Part shown: positions 14,829-27,860 of the stretch, piece after piece
Layout of the letters: each line of letters starts with the position of its first letter
Numbering within the stretch: position 1 is the first letter of the stretch
Program-made: the position numbers and the translations under genes
Assembly (NCBI GenBank): GCA_964035545.1
Contig: OZ037769.1
Location: 15,096,633-15,160,632, forward strand
Direction of reading: 5' to 3'
Origin: Bugula neritina
Lineage: Eukaryota > Animalia > Bryozoa
Length of the DNA: 64,000 bases
Notes under the pieces: generated by a model
Databases searched by the model: none
Told to the model about the DNA's origin: nothing
Seen by the model: only the letters and a program-made list of their open reading frames with translations

Positions 14829-15073
14829 GTGTATTGTATGTATTGTATGCTCTTTGGGTATATTATTATATGAATAGTCAGTGTAATGTATGTATTGTAT
14901 ATTCTCTGTGTATATCATTATATGAATAGTCAGTGTATTGTATACTCTTTGGGTATATTATTATATGAATATTCAGTGTATTGTATGTATTGTATACTCT
15001 TTGGGTATATTGTTATATGAATAATCAGTGTATTGTATACTCTTTGGGTATATTATTATATAAAGAATTTGTG
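14829..15073. repeat. Minisatellite, unit about 45-54 bp (tgtattgtatactctttgggtatattattatatgaatantcag)
   Basis: About five degenerate units; one further unit at about 16662-16702 beyond the LINE. Confidence 0.85.
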
Positions 15074-15087
15074 TATTGCATATATAT

Positions 15088-16582
15088 GTCATTGTCATTA
15101 GCTGCCCTTCGTGTCCGAAGATGACTTCCGGTGAATCATGGTCCTCCATTTACATCTGTCTTTGCTGAGAGATTGCCAGCTACCAATAGGGATCTTCAGG
15201 TCTTTTAGATTGCGTTTAACGGTATCTTTGAATCTCAGTCGCGGCCTGCCAACACCACGGGTGCCTCCTTTCAGTTGTGAATAGAGAATTTGTTTAGGTA
15301 ATCTAGAATTATCCATTCGATGCACATGACCAGCCCATCTCAGGTTTTTTTGAATGAGTAGTTCATACATGCTGGGTAGATTTGCCTGTGCTAGAGTCTC
15401 CTCATTCGAGATGAAATCCCACCACTTCACGTTCAAGATCTGGCGTAGATGTCTCATCATATAGGTGTTGAATTTGTGAGCGGCTATCCTGTATACAGGC
15501 CAGGCCTCCGCTCCATAGAGCAGAGATCGGACAGGACAATGGCTCTGTACACTGTACACTTGGTCTTGAATGACAGATCCTTATTGTACCACACTTTGGT
15601 CTTTAGTCTGCCGAATGAGATTGAAGCATTGGACATCCTTGTATGAATCTCTTCATCCATCTTGTTGTTGCACATCACTGTAGACCCAAGATATTTAAAC
15701 TTATTGACGTTGGCAAGGTCTACATTATCTATGCAGATACTGTCACCACTGTCATGGGCTCCAGGTGCCGGTTGGTAAAGCATTTCCGTTTTCTTGATAT
15801 TGATCTTCAGACCAAAAGCTTTGGAAGCTCTGGCGAATCTGTCGACTAATTCCTGTGCATCGTCATGGCTGTGTGCAACGAAGGCAGTGTCGTCAGCAAA
15901 CATGAGTTCTCTAACCAATACTTTCTGTGTTCTTGTTGTTGACTTGTATTGGTTCACATTGAACAGATCAGCTCCAGGTCTACTTTGAATCCAGACGCCT
16001 TTATCACAGTTTTCAAATGCGTGCTGTAGAACAGCCGATAAGAAAATAGAGAATAGCGTTGGAGCCAACACACATCCTTGTTTCACACCATTGTTGACCT
16101 GGAACGACTCAGATAACTCCTCCTTCAGCTTGACTGAGGCCTTCATGCCAGTATGGAGAGCGCTGATAAGATTGGTGAAGTGACTGGGAAAACCGAGTTT
16201 CTGTAAGATCTTCCACAGGGTCGCCCGATCAACAGTATCGAACGCTTTGGTGAAGTCAATGAAGACCATGTACAGGGGCATATTTTGCTCGATGCATTTT
16301 TCCTGTATCTGCTTCAGTGCAAATATCATGTCTGCTGTTCCCCTTCCACTACGGAATCCACACTGAGTCTCGGGTCGGAAGTTTTCTGCATATGATGTAA
16401 GTCTATTTAGAAGGACACGAGCAAAAACTTTGCCGGGAATTGAGAGCAGGGAGATACCTCTGTAGTTGCCGCACAGCTTCCGATCACCCTTTTTGAAGAT
16501 GGTTATAAGCTGGGCATCTTTCCAATCTTGAGGGACTACAGCAGTTTTCTATGCCTCCTTTATTATCTCATGGAGAGTACTT
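15088..16582 (-). mobile_element. 5'-truncated RTE-clade LINE (reverse transcriptase and C-terminal region), one frameshift and one stop
   Basis: RT motifs NYRGISLLS, FIDFTKAFD, GVKQGCVLAP, FADD, FKYLGS, LLYGAEAW, LRWAGHV, RPRLRFKD; frameshift near 15520; W-to-TAG at 16549-16551; very short 3' end with (ATGACA) repeats; candidate TSD TATTGCATATATAT at 15074-15087 and 16590-16603. Confidence 0.93.
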
Positions 16583-16592
16583 ATATATATAT

Positions 16593-16595
<3 letters not shown>

Positions 16596-16664
<69 letters not shown>
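16596..16664. repeat. (TA)n microsatellite
   Basis: Directly visible. Confidence 0.97.
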
Positions 16665-16668
<4 letters not shown>

Positions 16669-17948
16669 ATATTCTTTGGGTATACTATTATATGAATAAT
16701 TAGCATAATTCATGTAAAACCCCATGGGTAAATAAATCAATAATCAGCATATAATAATATAGCTTTTAGTTTAATCTCGCTACAATGTGATGCAATAAAA
16801 CGTGAAATGTTGGTTAATTATTGCAGGAAACATTAGTGTAACGTAAAGCACTAAAACAGCATCTTTCTAATAATAAACTTTCAATTCTACATGACTTTCA
16901 GTTATTAAAGTTCTGTCTTGCAGTCTATTTTGGAGCAAATAAATATAATATTGGTATGAAAATTATACAAAAAAATTTGACCGGTTGATAGTATACAATA
17001 ATATAGGATTTTTATTGTTCCTTGTATCTTCACAGTGCGTTCAGATCTGTTTCAACATGTTACTTATAATTGTGTCAGGAATATGTTCTAATATCATCTT
17101 TAAGTAGGCCTACACGTCTGTTATGAAGAGCTAAATTTAAATTGAAAGTGATATTGAGGTGATTAATGTTTGCATAGCATAAGATATTTTCATTTATACC
17201 AATAGATTCACTGACACAGGATTGTAATATGATTACTATGGAAGCTAAAATAAAAACTAATTCCATGCAATTAAAATAGGTTTCTTAGACATAAAAAATA
17301 ATTTCATACATACTGCAGCATAAAATGCAATCTAAATAGAATATTGTTAAAAATACAATTTCCTGAAAAGATAAATTAAGAAAAGTGGAGAAAAAAACAA
17401 AAAATCTAAGTATGTGAAAACTATTTTGATTGAGAAAGTTTGGTTTTCTTATTAGTCAGGAGGCTGACTAAATTTCCAAATGCATTGTGGATAAAATAAA
17501 CAAATAATTAGGCATACAATCATATGAAGTTATATATAATATAAATCATATCCTCTCAATAAAAGCAAATTTCGAAGAAATACAAAGTCCTTTCAAAAAT
17601 TGATGTCACTGAGAACTGACCAAAACTACTCTCTTTAGATGTTAAGTATGATAAGTAATAAAACACAATAAACTGAAGAATTATAACAATAAATTAACAT
17701 GTATGTGAAAACAGAGCCAAAAGTTACATCAATGAGAGTATCATAATGATATACGTAGTGTGTTTGTTAAAACAGAATCAACTACTCAACAATAGATTGC
17801 AGCAAAATTCTACACGCTGAAAACAGCCAAACACAAAGGCTTGACAAGGGTGGGAGACACAAGGAAAAGGGAAAATATGTCACTCAAGAAAGAACAACTC
17901 CTTGTTTGAAAGTTGTGCAAGATGTCAGATGTGTGGAGAATATTTCTG

Positions 17949-20900
17949 TTAGAAATGATTGCTTAGGATTTTAATAAGATGCAATGAGTCAGAGAGTTGT
18001 AGAAGGTCTGTCTTCATTCGTTTAATAGAAGAGTTTGTATTAACATTGAGGAGATTGTTAAAGTTGTCAAGAGATCTTTGACAATGTTCAATAGACTGAG
18101 TCACATGACCAGTGTGCAGAAATAGATGGGATATGGACATGTGAACTTTTCCAAGAGACAAAATGGCCTTTCTGGTTTTAGGAAGGGACTGATACAGACA
18201 GAGAGCAGAGTACAACCAACACCAACTCTTCTTGTATGATGACATCAGCATGTAACATCTACCCATCTGGTGGCAGTTGTCAGCCTGCTCCATGCTATGA
18301 TCAGCACCTTCAGAAATAGCAATCTGCAGAAACTTAGCAGCTCTTCTGTAATTTGATGTTTTGATGTAATCTGCTGATATTCTGTTGAGGACTTTGGACA
18401 GACATTGATTACTCAATACAGGAGTATAGCAAAGGAACAGACAGTCTTCATATCTGTTGTATTTTAAGTAAATGCCTATAATAGAAGAGATCACAGCTGT
18501 AAGATCAGGATGTGCTGAATCTTCACCATAAACAGCTTTCAGTATTTCCATTACCTTAGAGTAATATTCTAGTGCTGTGTCATAGTTACCTAATTGTTTG
18601 TGTACATTACCAATATTACCATAGGTGATAGCTATGCTAGAGTGGTTTGCATGTTCACCATAAACAGCCTTCATCATCTCCAGTGACTTGGTGTGATATT
18701 CTAGTGCTGTGACATAGTTACCTAGTTCTGTGTGCACATTGCCAATTTCATTATACATGTTTGCTATACTAGAGTGGTTTGTATGTTCACCATAAACAGC
18801 TTTATCCATCTCCAGTGACTCAGAAAGATATTCTAATGCTGTGCTATTTTCACATTCATGTCTGCACACACTTCCTAAGTTGTTCAGAATTGTGGATTTT
18901 GCTATCATATACTCTCTTGCACTATTTAAAAACTTTCTTTCACATAACGTTCTGCAAATAGAAAGAGACTGCATCAGGTAAGACTTGGCTTCAGCTAGAT
19001 TTGATGAGTGACTATTAGTTTTACCCAATGAGTAGAAGAGATAAGATATGAATTGAAACAGAAATAGCATATAATCTGGCAATTCAGTAGAAGCGTCTAC
19101 CTTTCTTAGTATGTATTCAGTGAGAGATTTGTTCTCATCTATCATTAGCTTTTCTTCTAGTTTAGACTTTATCTGAATGAGAATATTCCTGACAGGTTTA
19201 TATCTACTCAGCCTGTTCATACAGTCAGCTATAAGCCTCTTACACTGTAGTATACCAAACCAATTTGTTTCACAACTGATTAACTAACTCAGGTAGTCAA
19301 TGGCAAGACTTTGATGATCAGCAGTCATCAATATATGACAGCACATTTTCAAATACTTTTTCTCTAGATAATCTGATTTTTTTGTGTTGTATTTTGATCT
19401 TATACATTTCACAAACTCCTCATACCCTACGCTTCTGATATCAACACCTGAACCAGCAGATATGTACTTTAAGGCTGTGTTTGAGTCTTCAACATAACAC
19501 AATACTTCACAGATTGTCATATAATCATGTTTATCTGTCACCAAGTCACTGGAAATCACTAATTTCAGGTATTCACTCATAGTCTTCTCCTTTAATGTTG
19601 ACAGTAGTTTGTTTCCTCTGTGCATACTTGATACGATGGATTGTTTTAATGGAATCAGTATTGAGCCAAACATCACAAATATCTTCCTTGGTACATAATA
19701 ATGTTTGCTTTTTCCACTTGCACTTTTCATCTCAGCAGTTGGAGTACTTAATAAAATTTCAGCTTTTTGAGTTCCCATCATGACATATGCAATAGTTCTC
19801 ATGTAAACTGAGAGTCCCAAAATAATGTGAAAGTGTCTCAGACTTTCTTTGGAAATTATCCCAAACTGAAAAAATGCCTCATAAACCTTCCATGGAAAGT
19901 TTAGCTGTAAACAAAGGGCAATGTTTAGATTAGTAGCCAACAGAGTTACGTAACGGAAAATGTCTTCTTTTACTTTCACATTTCCTCCAACAAAAGTTGT
20001 AAATTCAAATTCAGGGAGAAAATCATATTTTTGTAAATCTAGAGAAAGTCTTTCCAGCCTCTTCTGTTTGATTTTATAATCATTGTGAGCTGTGGCTTTC
20101 TCATATGTAACTATTTCTTCCATAAATCTGTCATGTAACTGTGCCCCATCATCAGAACAGTATATCAATTGTGATGTGATAAGCAGATCTGAAAGACTCG
20201 CTATAGTTCTTCAGGTGGTGACATCACTTCCTCTTTGTACAGTTTTACTGCTTGCTCAACTGTGAAAGTGAGAGATCTACCCAATCCATTTCCTGTTGGT
20301 ATATTACCAGCATTTGGTGTGAGACCATCTATTCTATATCCTACTGGGCAGATTTCACTGAGACAGTAAGGAGGGTTTTCATGTTTAATGTTGAAGGTTT
20401 TTAATGGAGACTCATTGAGGTTAGTTATTCTAAAATATGTGTCAACAGCCAACTGAGTAAAATAAGTTTTCTCATTCTCATTTTCAATGAGAAATGCGTA
20501 TTCAAGGTCAGAATATGGAGTTGCCTCACCACGAGCTACTGAGCCCAAAGCAACTACAGAAAAATTACAGGGTGGCTCTACTTTCCACCTTTTAAGCAAC
20601 CCTGTACTTGAGTTTATCGAGGAACAAGAAAATTCTACAAATTCTTTGGAACACTCCTCACTACTTGCAAATACATCATTAGACAACTGAGTAGATATTT
20701 CTAAATTAGCATCACTAAACACATTGTCTGTGTCCAACAACTCTACATCACTACTCAAACTTTCAAAGTTAATGATTGTATTCTCTCAATATTCTTTCAG
20801 CTGTTGTTTGTGTTTTCTTGTCAATTCTTGATGTTCTGTAAAAGTGAGTGGATGTTTTCCTTTGTACCATTTGTTTTCTATTTCATATACTTTTTGGTAT

Positions 20901-20953
20901 CTCTGACTGTTTTGTGAATCTATAGTTTGCAGGTGGTTTGCTATTCCATGACT
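17949..20953 (-). pseudogene. Nucleotidyltransferase (Pol-beta superfamily, GlnD/DUF294-like) fused to C-terminal TPR repeats, copy 2; one 3-kb exon with three lesions
   Basis: Motif ALGSVARGEATPYSDLEYAFL (hGS-x9-DhE); 42-aa TPR-type repeats (AVYGEHxNHSSIA...NIGNVH..LGNY.TALEY). Lesions relative to copy 1: CGA>TGA at 20786-20788, 2-bp TA insertion at about 20202-20205, TGG>TAG at 19284-19286. Acceptor ttcctttgtgatgtag|AGT at 20953. Repaired exon is about 1000 codons. Confidence 0.88.
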
Positions 20954-21544
20954 CTACATCACAAAGGAAAGACAACTGCTTATAATCACATGTATATATC
21001 AACTGTTGTATAAATTATACATTATATATCTAATAATCTCTTTAAATTTCAATACTCAAGCAACTGTAGAACTTTCCTATATAGGAATATAAAGTTAAAG
21101 TTGAATGCTTCAGCAACTTTAGACTGTGGAGTTTATTATAGCAATTATATAAGAGCATCAAAGAACGTATTATGTAAATCTTCAAGTGTATAACACAACT
21201 TTTTTTGCAACTTCATTTTGGTTGCATTTTGGTCTGCGCATGCAAAATATATAACGACAATTTATTACCAAACAAGCTCATATTGCACTTTAACTCCAGT
21301 TTAATGCTGACTCACAATCATGATTGGCAGAGTTTTGTAAAATGACTGCTTTTATATACCTATATATACACCGCAGCAGATCGGCTTCATATACACCTAT
21401 ACTGTATTTATTAACTTTTAATTAGTTTATTGAATTATTATCATTATTTAAATAATATATTATAATGTAACAATTGCAAACCTTGTGTTTTCATTCTCAA
21501 TATGCTATTTTTCTAATTTTCAATCAGTATTGAGTTGTGTTTAT

Positions 21545-22355
21545 GTACTTTTACTGAAAAAAGTTTTGAGTTTCAGCTGCTAACACTCGTCAGAATACAG
21601 CTTTTTTATAGTTTTACTGAAACTCGGTGAAATTGTATCCATGCGGAAGCTTACTTTCTGAAAGTGAATTCTGACTGAAGTAATCGTTTTTCGATGCCCT
21701 TTGAAAAAATCGTGAATTAATAAAGCTGCGTGTACATAAGCTGATTTTTCATTCAACTTGACCGATAAACTGTATATAACGATTTTTTAGGATTTTTAGG
21801 ATTTATCGGCTGATTTTGCTTTTGGCTAATTTTTGAAACAATTTTCAGAATTGAATATGTTCAATTTTTTGCTGATTTTCTGTTGAACCAGTCAATTAAA
21901 AGCTGACAGCTTAAAGTTGCGTTTATACCTCTGCTGAAAAAAGTACCGAGTTTAAGTTAATAATGCTTGTCTGGGTACCCCTTTATAGTCAAACTGAAAC
22001 TCGTTGAAATTATATTGATGCGGTTGCTCACTTTCTGAAATTGAAATTTGACTCGCATAACAGCTATTTGATGCCCTTTGTAAACGTCGTGAATTGGTGA
22101 AGCAGACAGCATAAAAGCAATAATTGAAAAGGCGTAGGCTTTATAATTATAACCGTATAAGTACGTTGTCTAATCGCCAAAGTAATAACTAAATAACGAT
22201 GTTTACAAGGAGTTATTACTCCTATTCTAAAATTGGCCGATTAAGTTATCACAGTACAAAAATTTTTACGAGTGGCTTTTACAATGCAATGCAACTCGGT
22301 GAAATTTCAACTTGGCCAAATTGAAATCTTGACCGAAAATCGTGAAGGTATAAAG
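21545..22355. repeat. Dispersed non-coding repeat with internal duplication (about 21550-21720 vs 21930-22095); right part recurs at about 48160-48428
   Basis: Shared blocks such as GAAACTCGGTGAAATT, GATGCCCTTTG, GATTAAGTTATCACA, AAAATCGTGAAGGTAT. Confidence 0.65.
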
Positions 22356-23629
22356 GCAACTTAAAAGTAATAATTGAGAAAGCCCAGGTGATATATTATC
22401 AGTATATATTTTCCTAGAATGTTGTTTAGCAGCATAAAAAAACTGCCTATGCACAACATACTTTGCATCTGTTTAGTATCTCGTAATTAGACATAAAAAA
22501 ATCAAAGCCAATTATAAGGCAAAAGACCATAATACTGTACTATCATTGGATAGTTCTTCATCAATAAACAGGTAGTCGCCAGTGGTGGATATGAACCCCT
22601 CCTAGATGTTTCTCGTACTTCCTCCTCAAAAAACATTTTCATTAAGCCAAAAAGAAATAACAATACACCTTTTTAGTTGACACTTTTTAATTTCTGACTG
22701 ATATTTCACCTTATTTCCAATTATAATTAACTTTTAACCGGCACTTTTCTTTGTAGTAATTCCTACCCTTTAGACTGTGTACTTTGAAATGAGTCTGTTT
22801 TACTCGTTACATAAAGTATAGTTGCACTGGCTACAGGTTGACACAAAAGCAAGCCTATCTTGATAAAATCATGCGCAAATGTAGAAACTACCGAGGAGTT
22901 TGTTCCTCATAATTAGAAATTGACAAATTATTTTTAATCCGTTTGAAAGCATCTGGTTAGGGAAGCATATGCCGCGTTCAATTTGTTATTCTAGCATTAA
23001 CAATAACAGAATGCAATAATTATAAGTTTATGAAAGTAATTTGTTTTCTTTCTAATTACAAATATAATATTTTAGTATAATATATTGTAAATTTATAAGG
23101 CTTGCATTAGGAATAACGCAGCTAAAACATCATTTTCCTTAAAGTCTTAAAAATATATAAGTATAACATAATACACTATGCCAATAAACTTATTAAAGTA
23201 CCAAGCAAGCTTAGCTAGTTTAAGAAAAATTACACTAGGTAAATTCCCATTATTTATAGAATGCTTGCTGATATTAGCTTTTGATGTAATTAAAGTAAAT
23301 TATTATTTATCTTTCTAGCTAAGGATTTCTTGCCGTAAGTTTTGCTTTTATGCATGGAGAAATGTCGTAACAAACGAGTTAAATTTTTATAGCACATAAA
23401 AATGTAATCTATAAGTCGAAGGTATTTAAACTTAGCCATTAACTCATTTTAATTAGCAATGTAGCCTAAATCTAATACAATACAAAATATATACCAGTAT
23501 ATATAATATATTTTTACCATGCTGTTAATTACAGTATTTGTTAAACAAATTTTATGCTCATTAATTAAATGCAACAAATATTTATAAAATACTAATAATG
23601 TTGAATAAATAAATTTAATAATTCCTTTT

Positions 23630-26400
23630 CTATTTAAATGGCTGCATAATTTCTTGCAAGGTTGTATAAAGGAGTTGTGGCCTACAACTTATTATGTGTT
23701 CAATTGCCACATATGTCTTAGGAAGAAGAAAACTCCCCAAAAATTCTTGGTTTGAAAATTCTAGTATAATTAAAATCACTTAATATATGTCTTTGAAATG
23801 CATTTTGCCACTCTGCAAAATTGCAGGAACAAATATTGCATGAAGTAATAAATGATTTATGAAGTAATTAACAAACCAATGTAAAAACTGTTGTTGTATA
23901 TAGAACACAACATATTGATTTTCTTCAATTTCCACATCAAATCTATATATTCAATTATATCTAACCAATGCTAATAAACTAAACATGCATGCATACAAAT
24001 ATTTGCATCATATGCAAGTAATATTAGCTAATTAGCAACTATAGCATTTTTTTCATTATTTTTATTGCTTGCATATGTCTAAGTATTATTAAAATAAGGT
24101 TTTTATTTGCAACTTTGCACCACAAATTACATAAAATCTAAAAACTTGAGTTGTGACATGCATTAGGGCTACCTATACACAAATAGACCTTCATAAAACT
24201 CTCAATGATTTTATTCAACTCATGTATGCAAAAGTTTTGCATTAAAACAATTCTTCTAAATCACCCTAGAGCAGGAAATTATTACAAAAACAGCTTCTCA
24301 TATATAATCTTTCTCCAGATTAATTTTTTTTCCTGTATTTAAACTAACTTAGCAAGTGAAGATTGTGATATCACTCAGGTAATCACATATATATTATTCA
24401 TAGCTGTAATACTTTAGCAATGAATAGATCATGTTTAATTTCCACTCTACCTAGCAGTTTTTCAGAATTATAGAGCTATGTATATCGTGAAATTGGAATA
24501 GCCTAATAGTTTTACATGTGTTTATAGCTAGACAAATTAACTTAAAAAGCTTACAATAATTAGATGATATTTGCATTCTTTTGAAGGTTATGGTGAAGCT
24601 ACTGCAAAACTGGCCATTAGTTTAGCATAATATGCAATGCCACGCAAAAGCATGCCAAACGAGCAATGTTTATTTACCTTACCAGTGCAATTTTATCACC
24701 TTAAACACAAAAGCAAGTATAAAATACACATCCATATTAGATTAACTGTCAAGTTAAAAAAAGACAACATATATTCATGAGGTCGTTCTGTTTGCACAAG
24801 TACAATTTAGACCAGCTTATTATTTAGATTGCCACAAAAATATGACGTAAGATATGTCTTTAATCATTATTTTGATATTCACTGGTTGAAGATATTTTTT
24901 ATATCCTAATATGTAAATATTGTACATAAATCTTAAAAATTAACTAGGTGAATAAGGAAAACTGCTAATTTTATGAAACTGTTATGTTAATAAAGACAAT
25001 GGCTATCAACAAATCCCACCAGACCACAAACTAATTGTAAATACTAAAGCAATTATATAGTGCTATGTGTTGATCTAGCCTAGTCAATACACCACAAATA
25101 TGTATTATGACGTACCACATTTTAAGTACTGGGTTACCATTTATTCTAATGGGTATTTGTTTAAACTGTTATATACAGCTTTTTGCACTACCAATATACA
25201 AGCCAGTTGTTATTCTGTCACTTTTTATCTACATCTCTTTTTAATGCCAGTTACTTGTTAGCTTCAGTACAAACAGCTAAACATTCTACTCTACAGCCAA
25301 TCTTACTGTTAACTCTTGTTTAACAATATGACAAGAATCTAAAAATTTGAGTGTGTTTTAAGTATAATATTCTATCATTATAACTTTTAAATGAAACAAT
25401 AATATGATAAATGCATTATAACTTTCTGAAAAGTTTTTTTGCAAAGTATATGTTTTTGGAAAATAGTTTTACAACATTTGCTAGGAGCATTATATTTATT
25501 CCTATCTAAAATAATTTTGTTTGAACTGCTATGTTTGTAATCATGTAATCAGAAGTAAAGCATCAGTAAAATGAGTATAAGTAGAAGCTTGACAGCTACA
25601 TTAGGCATTGCTACATAGTACATAAATATATGGCCGTATTAAATACTTAGCTGCATTCACAGATAAATGCATGGCTTGGAATTACAATACCATGAATACA
25701 TTATTTATTTAGCTGGGTAACTATACAATTATGCCAAAGTGAAAAGCTTTTGGTTATTAATGCCTGAAATGTCTAACAATCTACTTGGGAAACCACCTTG
25801 TTGTTACAGAGTGAATGAGTTATTTGTTTGGCATTTGGATGATGGCACAAAGAAAGGCTATTTGGTTTGTTACTTGAGACTAGTAGCAAACTGCTTCAGT
25901 CATAGCATCTTAGAAGATTTTGCATCACTTGCTAGAATTGTACATTATTTTAATGTAGCTATTGAAATTAATATCGCACTGAAAACACAGTATTGCAAAA
26001 TCTTAAGCTGTACATAATTATATTATGCATCAAAAAGTACTTCTGCTATTCGACTATCCCAGGTTTATTTTAAACTAGCACTGCCAAAGTGCCTTGACTC
26101 TATTACAGTGTTTACTAGCTAATTTTGTTTTTCTCAATAGTGAAATAGATCTATTGCAAGAAATTAATGACTAGATATAACAATAATGATTTTTACGCAA
26201 GACTTTCGCATCTATATTGCTCATCTGCTAGCTTGAAATACCCCTCTCCTTGGACTAATCTCAGGCTTTTCATTGTTGTTTAAACAGTTTTTAAACTCCT
26301 ATTTCAATAAATCATTACCAACACTGCCTGCATGTATTAATATTCATTAGTGCCATCAATGCACTGTGGAGACAGCACCTGATGTTCTGTATATTACATT
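23630..26400 (-). pseudogene. Possible highly decayed hAT transposase
   Basis: Minus-strand fragments in the expected order: YRCESLA*KSLL (about 26180-26217, CxxH-like), LIHSVTTRW (about 25793-25819), PLYNLARNYAAI (about 23637-23672, dimerisation-like). Many stops. Confidence 0.35.
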
Positions 26401-27461
26401 ATAGTACAGAGATATTAAATCCAAAACATCTAAAATAATTGATGCTTCTACCAGATTTTTAGCACACCTATAATATGTATTCCTGTAGTAAATATTAATA
26501 AGATGTTTTAACTGATAGTTTTTATGCCATTATAATAGTTTGATACTATAACTATAACTTGAAACTCTTTAACCAGCACATTGGTTAGTAATATTGCTTC
26601 TTGATATTTAATTGCTGGTTCACAAACTATCAATAATAGGGATGCATATCAAAACTTGACTGCATTCATAATATGATTTTATTGCTAGGTAATGACTAAG
26701 CATGTCTGGCTGATATGAGGTGACTATTTTGTACACTGTTTAACAACATGAGCTTTTTGGGTTCATTTAAAGCATCTGCAAATCTGTATTATACATAATT
26801 ACTGTTAGGGCCAATTAATTAAATTGTTAACCCTGAAATGCTTTTTACACTGTAATACTAAGTAGTAAAAGATATGTATATATATATAAACTGATTGTAA
26901 TTTATACATAAAATTGTACATTTAAAAAAAATCACAAAATACATAATTTATTAGCTAAATTTCAAGGCGTTTTGTAGGTAGTGGGTTAATGTCAATAAAG
27001 TAGAATCCGGGAAGTTGAGTAGCTTTATTCAAGAGGAAGGCTCTCCAACAGTTCTACCAAAGCCTAAATAACATGTATAAAATAAAGGTTATATGCACAA
27101 TTTTTTTTCCAAAACAGCCTGCAACTGTTTTGCTATTGCATATGCCCTATGCCATTCATCAAGTAGAACAATTTTAACCAGGATATCTAGAAAAGTTGAC
27201 ACAAGGGCTTTATAAACTATGTAACAGTAAAACTGTGAGTAGAAATTAATTGACACTAATGAATAATGCTTTAGGTGCTGGCAACAACCATAAAAGAAAA
27301 GTTATATAACAAACAAATAGAAAAAGCACTAAACAAATCAATAGCATTATATACAATTGGGGCACATACATGAAAACAGCAGCTAGTGTCATTTTCTTAA
27401 GACAGCACTATTTTAGGTATTAATTTAAGAAGTATTAGAAAATGCAGAAATTTACTGCAAT

Positions 27462-27860
27462 TGGTTCATTTTATTTAAGTTAGTACATACTGAAGATCTC
27501 AAGTTTTTGCTAATGAACATGAGTTTTGGCCCGAAACTAAAAAAATATCAATAAATACACCTAAATAATCAAGGCTCTTTTTAATTTTCTTTGATTTCCT
27601 ATGCTTTTTTTCTAATTACAGCAACTTCTGACTGGGGATCGCCACGGTTAGTTTGTAACAATAGGCAATCCAAATGAAATGAATAAATAGGAAAAAACAT
27701 GAGAAATCATGCAAAATTAAGAAGAACCTTGATTTTTTAGGTGTATTTCTTGATGTCTCACTAATTTTAAGCAAAAAGCATTGTTCATTAGCAGCTAAAA
27801 TGTAAAAATGGCTAAAAACTGCAGATATCTAGTGTGTACTAAATTAAATAAAAGGATTCA
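27462..27860. repeat. Degenerate long inverted repeat (MITE-like, arms about 150 bp)
   Basis: e.g. AAATACACCTAAATAATCAAGG (about 27552) vs CCTTGATTTTTTAGGTGTATTT (about 27727); TTTATTTAAGTTAGTACA vs TGTACTAAATTAAATAAA. Confidence 0.7.

Noticed and set aside
14829-15073. CRISPR-like array
   Set aside because: Contiguous degenerate tandem units without unique spacers; eukaryotic context, no cas genes.
19284-20788. Stop-codon readthrough or recoding to rescue NTase-TPR copy 2
   Set aside because: The paralog has sense codons (CGA, TGG) at both positions and lacks the 2-bp insertion, so ordinary disabling mutations are the simpler explanation.
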